DNA of 33,930 nt from positions 1 through 33,930 of the forward strand of contig JAQBNQ010000293.1 in the NCBI GenBank assembly GCA_028288545.1. Reading direction: 5' to 3'. Origin of the DNA: Bacteroidota bacterium. Its GTDB lineage: Bacteria; Bacteroidota; Bacteroidia; Chitinophagales; LD1. Numbering within the stretch: the first letter of the stretch is position 1; every line of letters starts with the position of its first letter. The notes under the pieces are model-generated. The model was given only the letters and a program-made list of their open reading frames with translations, did no database searches and was not told where the DNA came from. This document shows, piece after piece, positions 16,015 through 26,201 of the stretch. Both the position numbers and the translations under genes were made by a program.

Positions 16015-16407
16015 TTAAAGTTTTCTTCTTATTGCATCCGAAATTTTCTCAAGTTCTTCTTTCTCCAATTTTAACTTGGGACGACCAAAGTCTATGTCCT
16101 TAACGGAATTAAGTGGAATCAAATGAATATGTGCGTGGGGAACTTCCAGACCTATTACAACAACCCCAACCCGTGTACACGGAACGGCCTGGTCAATAGC
16201 ACGGGCCACTTTTTTAGCAAATACAGTTAAGCCCGCGAGTAAGGTATCGTCCATGTCAAAAAGATAATCCACTTCCTTTTTGGGAACCACCAGGGTATGA
16301 CCTTTTGCCAAAGGGGCGATATCTAAAAAGGCAAAATAATTTTCATCCTCCGCTATTTTGTAAGAGGGTATCTCGCCATTAATGATCCTGGTAAATATGC
16401 TGGCCAT
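16015..16407 (-). CDS. HIT-family (histidine triad) nucleotide hydrolase
   Basis: 130 aa. The histidine triad is present as HAHIHLIP, and the N-terminus reads IFTRIINGEIPSYKI. Confidence 0.9.
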   Translation of the reverse strand: MASIFTRIINGEIPSYKIAEDENYFAFLDIAPLAKGHTLVVPKKEVDYLFDMDDTLLAGLTVFAKKVARAIDQAVPCTRVGVVVIGLEVPHAHIHLIPLNSVKDIDFGRPKLKLEKEELEKISDAIRRKL

Positions 16408-16419
16408 ATTTTTACAGGA

Positions 16420-16893
16420 CTAAAGGTTAATCTTCAGTATTTCAAATTCGATTTCGCCGCCCGGGGTTATCGCTTTAACTTTATCGCCCACGGTTTTACC
16501 CAGCAGCACTTTGCCAATAGGGGATGTAACAGATAACTTGTTCTCCTTAAGATTTGCTTCAGCCTCGCTAACCAGGGTGAAGGTCATTTTTTTGTTAACC
16601 TTTTTATTCAACACCTCAAGGGTTGAAAGAATATTAGCCTTTGAGGTATCCAGCTTGCTTTCGTCCATTATGCGGGCGTTGGCAAGTTTGGTTTCCATAT
16701 CAGCTATCCTTGCTTCAAGGTGGCCTTGTTCTTCCTTAGCGGCATGATATTCGGCATTTTCGCTCAGGTCACCTTTCTCACGGGCTTCGCCAATGGCTTT
16801 GGCAATTTCCTTCCTTCTTACTGTTCTCAAATACTTCACCTCTTCCTGAAGTTTTTCCAAACCTTCTTTGGTCATGTAAAATATGTCGGACAT
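16420..16893 (-). CDS. greA: Transcription elongation factor GreA
   Basis: 157 aa. The GreA signature [16 protein letters not shown] is present, and the C-terminal domain contains [14 protein letters not shown]. Confidence 0.95.
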   Translation of the reverse strand: MSDIFYMTKEGLEKLQEEVKYLRTVRRKEIAKAIGEAREKGDLSENAEYHAAKEEQGHLEARIADMETKLANARIMDESKLDTSKANILSTLEVLNKKVNKKMTFTLVSEAEANLKENKLSVTSPIGKVLLGKTVGDKVKAITPGGEIEFEILKINL

Positions 16894-16941
16894 TTTATCG
16901 GATTTTTAGGTTAAACAGTTCTGGCATGTTCAACAATGGTT

Positions 16942-16976
16942 AAAAAGGAAAGACGCCCCTGTAACAGGGACGTCTT
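16942..16976 (-). terminator. Rho-independent terminator closing the three-gene outer-membrane operon
   Basis: aagacgcccctg (16950-16961) pairs 11/12 with cagggacgtctt (16965-16976) around a 3-nt loop. On the minus strand the stem is followed by tccttttt. It lies 28 nt past the stop of the PorV-like gene. Confidence 0.7.
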
Positions 16977-17003
16977 AACGTTGCTATAATGCAAAAGTAA
17001 TAA

Positions 17004-18077
17004 TTACAAGTTAAAGCGCAAGCCTATGCTATGCGTTCCTGCAAAAGGCTGGGTTGCGCGGAATGAATAATCTACAGCCATACGTGGGCCACCTTCTTTA
17101 AACGGTATATCAACTGTTAAACCAGCGGCTAAACCTGTGTAAGCATCTAACCTGGTAGCGGTGCTAAACTGTCCTTTTTCAAAACGGTAAGCGGCCCTAA
17201 GCATAAACATTTCTTTAAAGCCAAACTCCAATCCTACACCATAATAATCGTAACCAAAGGCATTTGAGGTAAAGTTAGCTAAAGCGGTTAAGCGAAAATC
17301 CTGCTTAAATATTTTCGGCTTTAACTCTTTCTTTTTTCCCATCCAAAAATCATAAGCAGCACCAATATTCAATTCGGTAGGCAACTCAAACTTATTCACC
17401 TTATTCTCTACTGTTAAAGTATAGGTTGAACTTGAAATAATGCTTGTTCCGGTTGAAAGCGCATCGCCTTTAAATATCATCGGTGTACCTGCGTTGCGTA
17501 AAGAAACCCCAAAGTGGATATTATCTTTTGGTCCGGTTACATACTGCAAACCCGCGTCAATGCAAAAGCCAAAGGCGTTAAGGTTACCAATGTTCTCTTC
17601 AATTAAACGAAAAGTAACACCACCCGAAATACTGTTGGAAAATTTACGTGCATAAGATAAACCAATGTTGATGAATGTTGGCTTGTAAGTACCAATCCCA
17701 CCTTCAGGGTTTTGAGTAGTTGTTCTTTCAATTTCGCCAAGGTTAAGCGCCTGGATACTTAAGGCGACCGCATTGGTTTCTTTAAAACTTTGCACCACAC
17801 CGGCATGAATAACACCCACACCCGAACCCTGTAGCCACAAAGTATAAGCAGCTTCTATTTCAGTTTTAGGTGTAAAGGCAATACCGGCCACATTGATCCT
17901 TTCGGACTCAATGCCCTGTACATTTGCCGAGTTCATACTCCAAAGACCTGACGAGCGGCCCCAGCCATTCATCACCAGTTCATACGCACCTGCTTCTCCT
18001 CTACGGTCAGGGTTACCGGCAAAAACACTGCTTCCGGCAAAAGTAACTAAGGTCAATACTATTAGAATTCTATTCAT
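17004..18077 (-). CDS. PorV/PorQ-family-like outer-membrane beta-barrel
   Basis: 357 aa with signal peptide MNRILIVLTLVTFAGSSVFA. The N-terminal block GAYELVMNGWGRSSGLWSMNSANVQGIESERINVAGIAF resembles, from memory, the PorV block G.PFLL...DARA.GLGD.GVA.....NPA..AF. Alternating beta-strand patterns run throughout, and the C-terminus is IGLRFNL. The family call is by eye only. Confidence 0.55.
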   Translation of the reverse strand: MNRILIVLTLVTFAGSSVFAGNPDRRGEAGAYELVMNGWGRSSGLWSMNSANVQGIESERINVAGIAFTPKTEIEAAYTLWLQGSGVGVIHAGVVQSFKETNAVALSIQALNLGEIERTTTQNPEGGIGTYKPTFINIGLSYARKFSNSISGGVTFRLIEENIGNLNAFGFCIDAGLQYVTGPKDNIHFGVSLRNAGTPMIFKGDALSTGTSIISSSTYTLTVENKVNKFELPTELNIGAAYDFWMGKKKELKPKIFKQDFRLTALANFTSNAFGYDYYGVGLEFGFKEMFMLRAAYRFEKGQFSTATRLDAYTGLAAGLTVDIPFKEGGPRMAVDYSFRATQPFAGTHSIGLRFNL

Positions 18078-18096
18078 AATCTTGCTTTATGTCGTT

Positions 18097-21000
18097 TTAG
18101 TAGTTCGATGTATCAGCTGGTCTAACGGTTCCAAACCATTTCAAAGTTCTTTGGCCAAGGCCTGGTGCTTCAATATGGAAAAGATAAATGCCGCTGGCAA
18201 TTGGAATTCCCTTATCGTTTTTCATATCCCAGTCAACGGTGCTCTCAACATTTACAGATTGTATATCGGTACCATCACTGATCTCCACCTTTTTATTGGT
18301 AGCAGGGTCCACACCGATAGAACGGTTAAGTACGCGGATGATAGTTCCATCCAATGAATAAATGGTAATAGTACAATTGTTAGGCAGGTTGGTTACCTTA
18401 ACCGTGCTGGTGTTTGCATCCGGCTCGTAAGCAGAATATGCCAGGTATGGATTGGGTACAATACGTATCAGGTCAAGTGCACTCTTTGCAACAGTAACGT
18501 TGTTTTCGGTTGCGCCCAGGCCTTTGGTACTAAACATATAACGTGGCAGCGAATCAACACCCGGTGATGGATCAACAGCTAACATGCGGGTGTATGGTTT
18601 ATCAACTCTAAGCCTAACGGTTACTTCAGCAGGTGGAATATACGCGACATTACTCGCATCGGTGCCAAAGGTATAGCCAGGGGTCAGAACAGGGATACAG
18701 GTCCACATCAGGTCACGATAAACAGGATATTGAGATTTCGCAAGGTGCTCCTGCACAGTAGTAATACTATCATAACCGGATAGCAAAACATGTTGCGCAG
18801 AATCGCCACCATCATATTTAGTATCCCAAACGTAAATGAAGTGTTTTCCACCAAAGTAAGGTATCTGCGGTATTGTAGCCGAAGGATAAATAACGGGGTC
18901 GTAAACATCCTGGGTAGGATTCCATAACATATCCGCGCCGTTCTGATCCGGTACTTCTGAAGCTTCACCGAAACCGATATTTAAACGCTCACCGGTTTCA
19001 ACATTAACTGCATAACCGGGGAACCATGAACGGCCAATATCACTAGGGTCTGTTACCAGGTAATCCTTAGTTACCGGATTATTCCAGTTTTTGGAGTACG
19101 ACATTCTTATCTGCCCCTTCAACGCTCCGTCGCCGGCTACCGGGTTACTGTTGGAACTGCTTCGTGGGAAAATATCATTACCAAGCGTAGCACGTTCGTC
19201 CTCACCCGTTTCAAAAACCACGCAGCGCGTCCATTTGCTCTTATCAGGAGTAATTACAATATCAACACTGGCAACTTTATCAAGCGTATTTTGGGGTGGA
19301 GCATATAAAAACGAATTCTTGCCGCCGTATTGTAACCACTTAAATCCCGGACCGTAAACATAAGGAGGCGCAGGCGCCACGGCATCCCTGTGTGAGTAAT
19401 TGGCAGTTAAGCAATACGGAGCCCATGTTCCATTCAATATATTATCGAAAATATGATTGGGGTCATCAAACAGGCCATGAGGGTAAGTTGGCGGGTTACC
19501 CGGGCCAACCCAATACCAGTTGTCGTCAAATACAGTTGCAAAAGCCCTGCTGCTTGACTGGCTACCCGGATCATAATCCTGTATACCTGAACGGATCCAG
19601 TTGGTAACAGTATTGGTTCCCTGATCCTGCACAAACGAAAGCCATGGTTGGGTAGGATTTTGATAGGTAATACTTGACTTGGTAACATCCGTTCCATAAA
19701 TAAACCGCGGTGGCGAGTTTGGATCAATGTAACCAGCTGGCAAAGTGTCAACCGGTGCCGGGGTACCTAGTTTTATAGAGAATCCGTAATCATTCCTGTT
19801 ACTGTCAACTATTTGTTGCTGATATGGTCTGTCAAGGTGCCTTTCGCTGGCTATTACCACGTTGTTGGTAACATCAGTTAACTTCCAGTAAGTTCTGCTA
19901 TCCAAAGGTAAATACGCTGTGTCAGTTGCACCGCTATCTACCAAAAACTGCAGCACAAAATCAGCTTCCTTTAAGTTAACCGGATCGGTGATCTGGAAAC
20001 CAATAGGATCAAGACCTTTCACATAAGTCAAAGTATCTTTAAAAGCTGTAAAGCCCGAATTGAGAATATCATTGATAGTTTCGGGCGTAAGGTCAAGATT
20101 ATTACCACCGTTACCCTGTCCTTCAATACGCACTACATTCACGCCATCGCCCCATTGAGAATGCAGGATGGTTCCAACATTCCGAGGATCCGGAATATGC
20201 GGCACCGCATCATACACTTTAAAGTTGTTACGGCCTTGCAAATACTCAATCAACTGGCCTTTTGCCTGTGGATTTTCCTGGTCGTAATGTTGAAAGTCAT
20301 TATAAGCATAAGCCACGGCCGTGTAGTAATAGGTCATGTGGTTAATCAAGCGGTTATCCTTACCGGTTGCAAAAAGATCGGTGGTTACCTTAAACGAATT
20401 AGTGATTCCGGCATCGGCACCGTCCACTTCTAATGTTGGTATGAACAGGTTAAGCGTAGGATCTTTAATAAAGTTGATCAGTTTGGTTATTCCGTTTTTA
20501 ACATCGCACTGGGCAACTAATAGTGCCTTTGTAGGATCTTCCAAATCACTCGCCGAAACGTTAGGACTTTTTAGCTGGTACAATTTGTACCCTTCAAAAG
20601 TATAGGTTGAATCGCCATGGCCTGCAAGTATTTCATGTACTGATTCTTCCGTCTTTCCATCCACCTGTTTGTAGCCTTCACCAATGTTGTTGGATATAGG
20701 AGAAATATTAAGCAGGTTAATGATCAGTTGATTATCCAATTCGCGAATTTGTAAAGTTGGAGCATCCGGACCATCCAATAATTTAAAACAAGTATTGAAC
20801 AAGGCCTGGGCTTCATCATCGGCAGGACCAATGGTGGTATTAAAGTCAGGACATAATCCCACGCCGTTTGTACCTGTTGGACGAACAAAAACCACCCCTA
20901 CTGTAACAAACTGCGAAACACCCGTTGTTAGTGTAAATGGTCCTGAAGACTGAACAAATCTTCTGTCATCGGCAGGTAACATGCTTGAAACGCTGCACTC

Positions 21001-22344
21001 ACTCCAGGCAGCACCATCGCTTGGGTTACCAGGGAAAATGTACTTAGTGGGAGTTGTACCACCGTAGCCGGTATTGCCCGCTGTAAACGGTGTACCATCG
21101 TTCCAGAAACCAGTTTGGTAGTTCCTGTACTGCGGAGCCGTTAAGGGGTCACTTTTTGCAAAAGCAGCTCCGTTAGTAAAATATACAAATGATGACATGC
21201 CTAACTGAGCACCACTGTCGCTCAAAGGTCCCTCAAAAAAGTCAACACCCACTATCGGTAATTGAGCCAGGTAACCGTGTTCGTTTACACAATCGTTATC
21301 AGGTGATGAACCATTATAACACACACCAAGACTTCTTGAAGTATCGCAACCCACGCGGTCGTTAAATGCACAACCCAGATCCGGATCCACCCATTGCGAA
21401 ATATAGGTTTGAAATAATTTATTAGCCGATTTGTTGACGATCTCATAATTATAGAAAGTCATGTTATTAATCTCATCAGTTGTTTGAAATGCAAACGCCA
21501 GAGAGTTTACCTGTACCCCAATACTTTGTCCGTTTGATTCGGTATGGATATTACCTACATCATTAAAAACCCAGAAAACCATTTGATCGGCATAAGCCTG
21601 CGATTCACCGTTGCGGCATGGAATAACGGGATAGTCACCTTTCAAAGGATCGTATACACCATCGTGGTTCACATCTTTAAAAGGAGCCAGGTTATCAGTA
21701 ACATTATAAGTTTGGCCAATAAGCGTTGGGTCGCCGGCAAGATATTGATTGCCTTTAGCCGGCCATGCCAATACATCTTTAGGGATATCAGCCAAAGTTA
21801 CGCCGGTTGGATTTTGCAAATAAGCAGACTGTGCTTTTGCAATGTCAGCACCATAAACGTTAAAGTGACGATCGTATTCACTACAGGTTGAGGGGCTAAT
21901 GTTTCCACTGGCATCCAATGGTCCTGGCCAGTAATCGTTACCCGAAGCGCGGTAACGCTGTGCTGCACATTTCAGGTTACCACCCGCATCAAGACCGGAT
22001 ATCCATATTGCACCGGCAAAAATTGCACATAAAGGATGCGTTCCATCACCTTTAGGCACCTCATACTTCGGTTCGCTGAAATTCCACCATGTGTCACCAC
22101 CGGCAAGCAAACGGGCACGTACGTTATTAATATCTATATCAAACTGGGCCGTTGACGCAACACAATTTCCCGCATCAGTTTTAAATGAAATGTGCGAATT
22201 GGTTCGGGTAGGCTTATTGACATCCTCCTTTGCGTTGGCCACAACACTTGCCAGTAAAAGGCACAGGCAAAGCGTAATGTTTAATGAAATCGTTTTCATG
22301 GTTTTCATTTTAATTCCTTTAGTATTTTCTCTTAGGTTCTTCAC
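18097..22344 (-). CDS. Large secreted protein of unknown function with a C-terminal T9SS-CTD-like / FlgD-Ig-like beta-sandwich
   Basis: The ORF is 1415 aa. The signal peptide MKTISLNITLCLCLLLASVVANA suggests a start at ~22299-22308. The tail (nt 18100-18474) reads IVPNPY...CTITIYSLDGTIIRVL...DWDMKNDKGIPIASGIYLFHIEAPG...LKWFGTV. I saw no C25-peptidase (PorU-type) motifs. Confidence 0.8.
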   Translation of the reverse strand: MKNLRENTKGIKMKTMKTISLNITLCLCLLLASVVANAKEDVNKPTRTNSHISFKTDAGNCVASTAQFDIDINNVRARLLAGGDTWWNFSEPKYEVPKGDGTHPLCAIFAGAIWISGLDAGGNLKCAAQRYRASGNDYWPGPLDASGNISPSTCSEYDRHFNVYGADIAKAQSAYLQNPTGVTLADIPKDVLAWPAKGNQYLAGDPTLIGQTYNVTDNLAPFKDVNHDGVYDPLKGDYPVIPCRNGESQAYADQMVFWVFNDVGNIHTESNGQSIGVQVNSLAFAFQTTDEINNMTFYNYEIVNKSANKLFQTYISQWVDPDLGCAFNDRVGCDTSRSLGVCYNGSSPDNDCVNEHGYLAQLPIVGVDFFEGPLSDSGAQLGMSSFVYFTNGAAFAKSDPLTAPQYRNYQTGFWNDGTPFTAGNTGYGGTTPTKYIFPGNPSDGAAWSECSVSSMLPADDRRFVQSSGPFTLTTGVSQFVTVGVVFVRPTGTNGVGLCPDFNTTIGPADDEAQALFNTCFKLLDGPDAPTLQIRELDNQLIINLLNISPISNNIGEGYKQVDGKTEESVHEILAGHGDSTYTFEGYKLYQLKSPNVSASDLEDPTKALLVAQCDVKNGITKLINFIKDPTLNLFIPTLEVDGADAGITNSFKVTTDLFATGKDNRLINHMTYYYTAVAYAYNDFQHYDQENPQAKGQLIEYLQGRNNFKVYDAVPHIPDPRNVGTILHSQWGDGVNVVRIEGQGNGGNNLDLTPETINDILNSGFTAFKDTLTYVKGLDPIGFQITDPVNLKEADFVLQFLVDSGATDTAYLPLDSRTYWKLTDVTNNVVIASERHLDRPYQQQIVDSNRNDYGFSIKLGTPAPVDTLPAGYIDPNSPPRFIYGTDVTKSSITYQNPTQPWLSFVQDQGTNTVTNWIRSGIQDYDPGSQSSSRAFATVFDDNWYWVGPGNPPTYPHGLFDDPNHIFDNILNGTWAPYCLTANYSHRDAVAPAPPYVYGPGFKWLQYGGKNSFLYAPPQNTLDKVASVDIVITPDKSKWTRCVVFETGEDERATLGNDIFPRSSSNSNPVAGDGALKGQIRMSYSKNWNNPVTKDYLVTDPSDIGRSWFPGYAVNVETGERLNIGFGEASEVPDQNGADMLWNPTQDVYDPVIYPSATIPQIPYFGGKHFIYVWDTKYDGGDSAQHVLLSGYDSITTVQEHLAKSQYPVYRDLMWTCIPVLTPGYTFGTDASNVAYIPPAEVTVRLRVDKPYTRMLAVDPSPGVDSLPRYMFSTKGLGATENNVTVAKSALDLIRIVPNPYLAYSAYEPDANTSTVKVTNLPNNCTITIYSLDGTIIRVLNRSIGVDPATNKKVEISDGTDIQSVNVESTVDWDMKNDKGIPIASGIYLFHIEAPGLGQRTLKWFGTVRPADTSNY

Positions 22345-22365
22345 TTCAACTACTGTTTTAATATT

Positions 22366-25300
22366 TTAGAAACTGAATACTGCACCCAAATAAATACGGC
22401 GCGGTAAACTGTAATTACCTGGTCTGTTTATGTAAGCAGCGTACTGATCTTTATATGCCTGTGGGTTAATAGCTCCCTGTATTTGTGGTAAGCTGGACGG
22501 GTCATTAATATAACCATCGGAGTTAGGCACACCGGTGTAACGGTAAACCGCCACCACGTTTTGAGTGTTCAACAGGTTTTGTATTTGCAGGTATATTTCA
22601 AGATCAAGCCTGCGCTTGTTGTCAACCTTGTCGTTCTTTTTGCCCACCATAAATGAGAAGTCTTTCCAAACTCTCATGTTCACCCTAAAGTACCATGGCA
22701 ATCTTGAACCGTTGATAGAACCTTTTGTAACAGGTTTGCTGGCCTGGCCTTGTAAGCCTTCAGGTGTTGCACCGGTCTGTTCTGTATAAGGTGTTCCTGA
22801 TCTTCCGGTAAGTTGCAAACTGACACCTGCGTCAGCCAATATCTGCCTGTTCTTAATAGTAGGTCCGTTGTAATCGCTGCCCGAGCCGTAGCTATAGCTT
22901 AAGTTCAGGTTAACCATATGGCGCGAATCGTAATTTAAAGGGTTAATGGTACGGAAGTTTGGATTGTTTGATGTTACCAAACTTAACTGCGTTGTAGGAT
23001 CGGAACCGGTACCATCTGCAAACTGCATGGTGTAGTTAGCCTTTAACGTAAAGTTAGCAGTACGGCGCATATCAAAATCCAATGTAAATCCTTTGGTTGT
23101 ACCAAAGTCAACGTTGCCATAAGTCAGGTAATCTTTAGGATACGAGTTGACGATCTTAACTACCTGTATCTGGTCTCTGAATTCGCGGTAGAAAGCGGAG
23201 ATGGTGAAGGCGGCGGAGTTACTTACTCTTTGCTTAAAGCCTAATTCATAGTCAATAGTTTTTTGTGGCTTCAGGTTAGGGTTATTAAGGATGCCGCCAA
23301 TATTGTCAACAAAGAACAGGTATTGAGTAGGGTCCATTGCAACCTGTGCAGATGGTGGTCTTTGCGCTAAGATGTCGTAGTGAGCAAAGAACAAAGCACG
23401 GTCGGTAAGGTTAAATGAAAACTGCAAACGAGGCATTACAATCAACTGCGGTTTGTACGATTCAAAAGTTCCGCTTGGATCAAAGTTATCGGGCTTCTTA
23501 ACGTCCTCATTCGGGTTTTTCAGGTAAGGCTGGATAACACCAGTGCTTGAAAGTTTAGCAACGGCAGTACCGCTTGGTAATTCGTTACCGTATTTATCAT
23601 ACCATGTTCCACCGTTACGGTAACCTGCGATTGACTGCGGTGATTTGCTATTGTCAACATACACAGCAAAATTATCCCCGATATCAGAAGGGTGAGTAAC
23701 GTTAGTTGATCCGAGAGCAGTTACTTCTCCCTTAGTATAAATAGGATACAGAGAGTACGGATCCTTCAATACAGATTGGTTAGCATCAAACCTATCGAAA
23801 CGGACTCCTACGTTAAACGTAAGGTCTTTAAAATAGAACCTGTCGGAAATATAAGCGGCTGTATAAATTGGTCTGAAAGCCGGAATAGCGCGTATCAGGT
23901 TTCCATCAGCATCTTTTTTTGTAAAGAAGTCATTAAATGAAGGCTGATTCTTTAATACGTTGCCATAAATATCATACCCTTTGTAGAATACGATTTTGGA
24001 ACCATCCTTATTCAGGTCATCCGGTGCAAACATTTTGATATTCATTTGGGTTGGGCTCAATTCGTCAACATTCAAAAAGTCTGTTCCGCCAACTGCAAGT
24101 CCTAAAGACTTTCTCAAATTCTTATCAAAGGTACTTTGCAAGGTAGGGTCGGCACTTCTGTTAAATAAAATGGTATCAGTGCTTACAAAAGCAGGTCTGT
24201 TAGGATCGTTCCATGCGTAGTTTGATCCGTTAATTCTGAAGATAGGATTGTTCCTGTCAACATTAGTAAACTGAAGGTTGGTGATATCGCGGGCACGTTG
24301 CCAGATACTCAGTGGGCTTACCTGGTAAGATCTTTCAATTCTTTGTTCATATTCCACACCAAACTCAAACGAGTGCTTGTTACGACTTGGCGCACCTGGT
24401 TTTAAGATATCAAAAGCACCTTCTAAACGAACACGGTATTGGTCGTTATTGCTGGTGTTACCATAACCGTTAAAGGTACGGCCGGTATTAAACCAAATGT
24501 TATTTACAATGTTTGAACGCTGTCCGTTAACCAAAGCCTGGTTTTGCTGAATCTGGTTAATGTTAGATGTGAAGTTTGTATTGTTATCGCCATACACCTC
24601 ATAAGTTCCGTTGGCATCAGGCGTAGCACCAAGCAACTCATAATATTGTTGCGTAAACCTTGTACTTGTGGGGTTGATATTTCCCGGGGTAAAGGCAATA
24701 GCTGTATCCTGGTATCCCTGTTGTTTAAAGCCTGTGTAAATTTTGTTACCAATAAGGAAGGTATCAAAACTGAATACCGGAGATTTCTTTACATTGAATT
24801 TTCCGATGTAACCATACTCAAACGGATTGAATCCGTTGTTCTCGTTCTCAAATTTTACAGAGTACTTTTCGTAATCTGCCTGTATAGAGTAGTAAGCATT
24901 TTGGAATGCAGAAGCTTTTCTCTTTTTACCTGCTTTCTCATCTTCTTCAGACTGCTTGCTTTGAATGTTGTGCGTAAAACGTCCGTACACTCTCCAATCC
25001 AATTCATTATATAAAGGATTGTTTACCGAGTTAAATAAGGTATACTGTTCTACCCAGTCGTGGTACTTTCTGTCAGTTATTGATCCCCCAAAAGATAAAG
25101 TGAAGTTATCAGCCGGGCGAATATCCAAACGTGCATTTCCTCTAAAGTTCTGTTCAACCACATTAGGTTTAGCCTGTTGCTTGAACATATCGGCCATAGT
25201 AACATTTTCGGTAGCCAGGTTAAACCCTTGTGCAGTTTGCTTCTTTACAAGCGGAAACTGGTTCAGTGAGTCTAACTTAGCAGGGCGTACTTGCCAGATA

Positions 25301-26166
25301 CCAATAGCAGAAGGATTTGGATCTTTTTGACGCAAATATTCAAAAGCGGCGAAGAAACCGATGATGGTTTTCTTTGATTTTTTCAATTTCCAGATAGGAC
25401 CTGTAAGGTTTCCGTTTATAAGGTTATAGCCATACGCATCAAGGCCCTGAGTTGTTTGAAACTCAACACCGCCGTGGAAATCGCTGGAAGGTCCTTTTGA
25501 AGTGATGTTAACGATACCACCTGTTACGTCGCCGTATTTGGCAGGGATACCACCTGTAATTACCTGTAACTGTTCGATAGATGAAGCCGGCAAGGTTGGT
25601 ACCCCGGTTACTTTTACACCATCTACATAATATTGAGTGCCCTCGCTACGTCCTCCTTTAATATTAAGACCTCCGCCCTGATCGGACTGAAAGACACCTG
25701 CCGTGGTGGCCGCGATATCGCTGATATTTTTGGTAGACATAGTGGCAATTTCATCGGCAGTAACCGTATTTTGCGATGAGGTTTTGCCCGGATCGATAAG
25801 CGGAACGCGGTATGAAGTGATCTCCACCTCTTTCAGTTCCTTTGAAGAAACCTTCATTTTGGCGTCAATAAAAGTTGACTTGTCGGAGTTAACGATAACC
25901 CCCTGGGTTACCTGGGTAGCAAGCCCTGTGTACGAAAACTGTACATTATACTTACCCGGCGTAAGCGGTTTAATGGAGTAGTTTCCATCCAAATCGGTTT
26001 GTACACCCCTTCCGGTGCTTATACCTTTAGTATCAACTAATACAACGTTGGCAAACGGTATTCCTTCACCGTTGTCGTCAACTACCTTTCCGGAAATATC
26101 CCCGTTTTGCGCCTGTAAAGCGAAAGCCGAGATAAGAAAACTAAGCAGAGTAAGTATTTTCTTCAT
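22366..26166 (-). CDS. Oversized TonB-dependent-receptor-like outer-membrane protein (CarboxypepD_reg domain, plug and a ~1000-aa barrel)
   Basis: The signal peptide is MKKILTLLSFLISAFALQAQ from the ATG at 26166. The ORF-track start at 26223 is a TTG lying inside promoter-like boxes. The CarboxypepD_reg region is ISGKVVDDNGEGIPFANVVLVD...GKYNVQF. The plug region is LNIKGGRSEGTQYYVDGVKV...IEQLQVITGGIPAKYGDVTGGIVNITSKG. The C-terminal strand is YLGAVFSF. Confidence 0.85.
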   Translation of the reverse strand: MKKILTLLSFLISAFALQAQNGDISGKVVDDNGEGIPFANVVLVDTKGISTGRGVQTDLDGNYSIKPLTPGKYNVQFSYTGLATQVTQGVIVNSDKSTFIDAKMKVSSKELKEVEITSYRVPLIDPGKTSSQNTVTADEIATMSTKNISDIAATTAGVFQSDQGGGLNIKGGRSEGTQYYVDGVKVTGVPTLPASSIEQLQVITGGIPAKYGDVTGGIVNITSKGPSSDFHGGVEFQTTQGLDAYGYNLINGNLTGPIWKLKKSKKTIIGFFAAFEYLRQKDPNPSAIGIWQVRPAKLDSLNQFPLVKKQTAQGFNLATENVTMADMFKQQAKPNVVEQNFRGNARLDIRPADNFTLSFGGSITDRKYHDWVEQYTLFNSVNNPLYNELDWRVYGRFTHNIQSKQSEEDEKAGKKRKASAFQNAYYSIQADYEKYSVKFENENNGFNPFEYGYIGKFNVKKSPVFSFDTFLIGNKIYTGFKQQGYQDTAIAFTPGNINPTSTRFTQQYYELLGATPDANGTYEVYGDNNTNFTSNINQIQQNQALVNGQRSNIVNNIWFNTGRTFNGYGNTSNNDQYRVRLEGAFDILKPGAPSRNKHSFEFGVEYEQRIERSYQVSPLSIWQRARDITNLQFTNVDRNNPIFRINGSNYAWNDPNRPAFVSTDTILFNRSADPTLQSTFDKNLRKSLGLAVGGTDFLNVDELSPTQMNIKMFAPDDLNKDGSKIVFYKGYDIYGNVLKNQPSFNDFFTKKDADGNLIRAIPAFRPIYTAAYISDRFYFKDLTFNVGVRFDRFDANQSVLKDPYSLYPIYTKGEVTALGSTNVTHPSDIGDNFAVYVDNSKSPQSIAGYRNGGTWYDKYGNELPSGTAVAKLSSTGVIQPYLKNPNEDVKKPDNFDPSGTFESYKPQLIVMPRLQFSFNLTDRALFFAHYDILAQRPPSAQVAMDPTQYLFFVDNIGGILNNPNLKPQKTIDYELGFKQRVSNSAAFTISAFYREFRDQIQVVKIVNSYPKDYLTYGNVDFGTTKGFTLDFDMRRTANFTLKANYTMQFADGTGSDPTTQLSLVTSNNPNFRTINPLNYDSRHMVNLNLSYSYGSGSDYNGPTIKNRQILADAGVSLQLTGRSGTPYTEQTGATPEGLQGQASKPVTKGSINGSRLPWYFRVNMRVWKDFSFMVGKKNDKVDNKRRLDLEIYLQIQNLLNTQNVVAVYRYTGVPNSDGYINDPSSLPQIQGAINPQAYKDQYAAYINRPGNYSLPRRIYLGAVFSF

Positions 26167-26201
26167 ACGCAATTTATATGGGCCTTTAAACCAAAAGCGG
26201 T

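Noticed and set aside
17893-18357. A 154-aa plus-strand ORF across the junction between the PorV-like gene and the 1415-aa gene. The 156-aa (24544-25014), 121-aa (24965-25330), 134-aa (29476-29880) and all other ORF-track entries under 160 aa nested in larger genes fall in the same class.
   Set aside because: All are antisense or out-of-frame shadows inside long ORFs that have strong domain evidence. None has motifs, signal peptides or independent intergenic context.
18097-22344. Whether the 1415-aa protein is PorU, since porV normally follows porU.
   Set aside because: I could find no gingipain/C25-like peptidase features, such as a GD.SYD-type block or a catalytic His/Cys context. I therefore kept the call as unknown function. 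This is a by-eye judgement and a profile search could overturn it.
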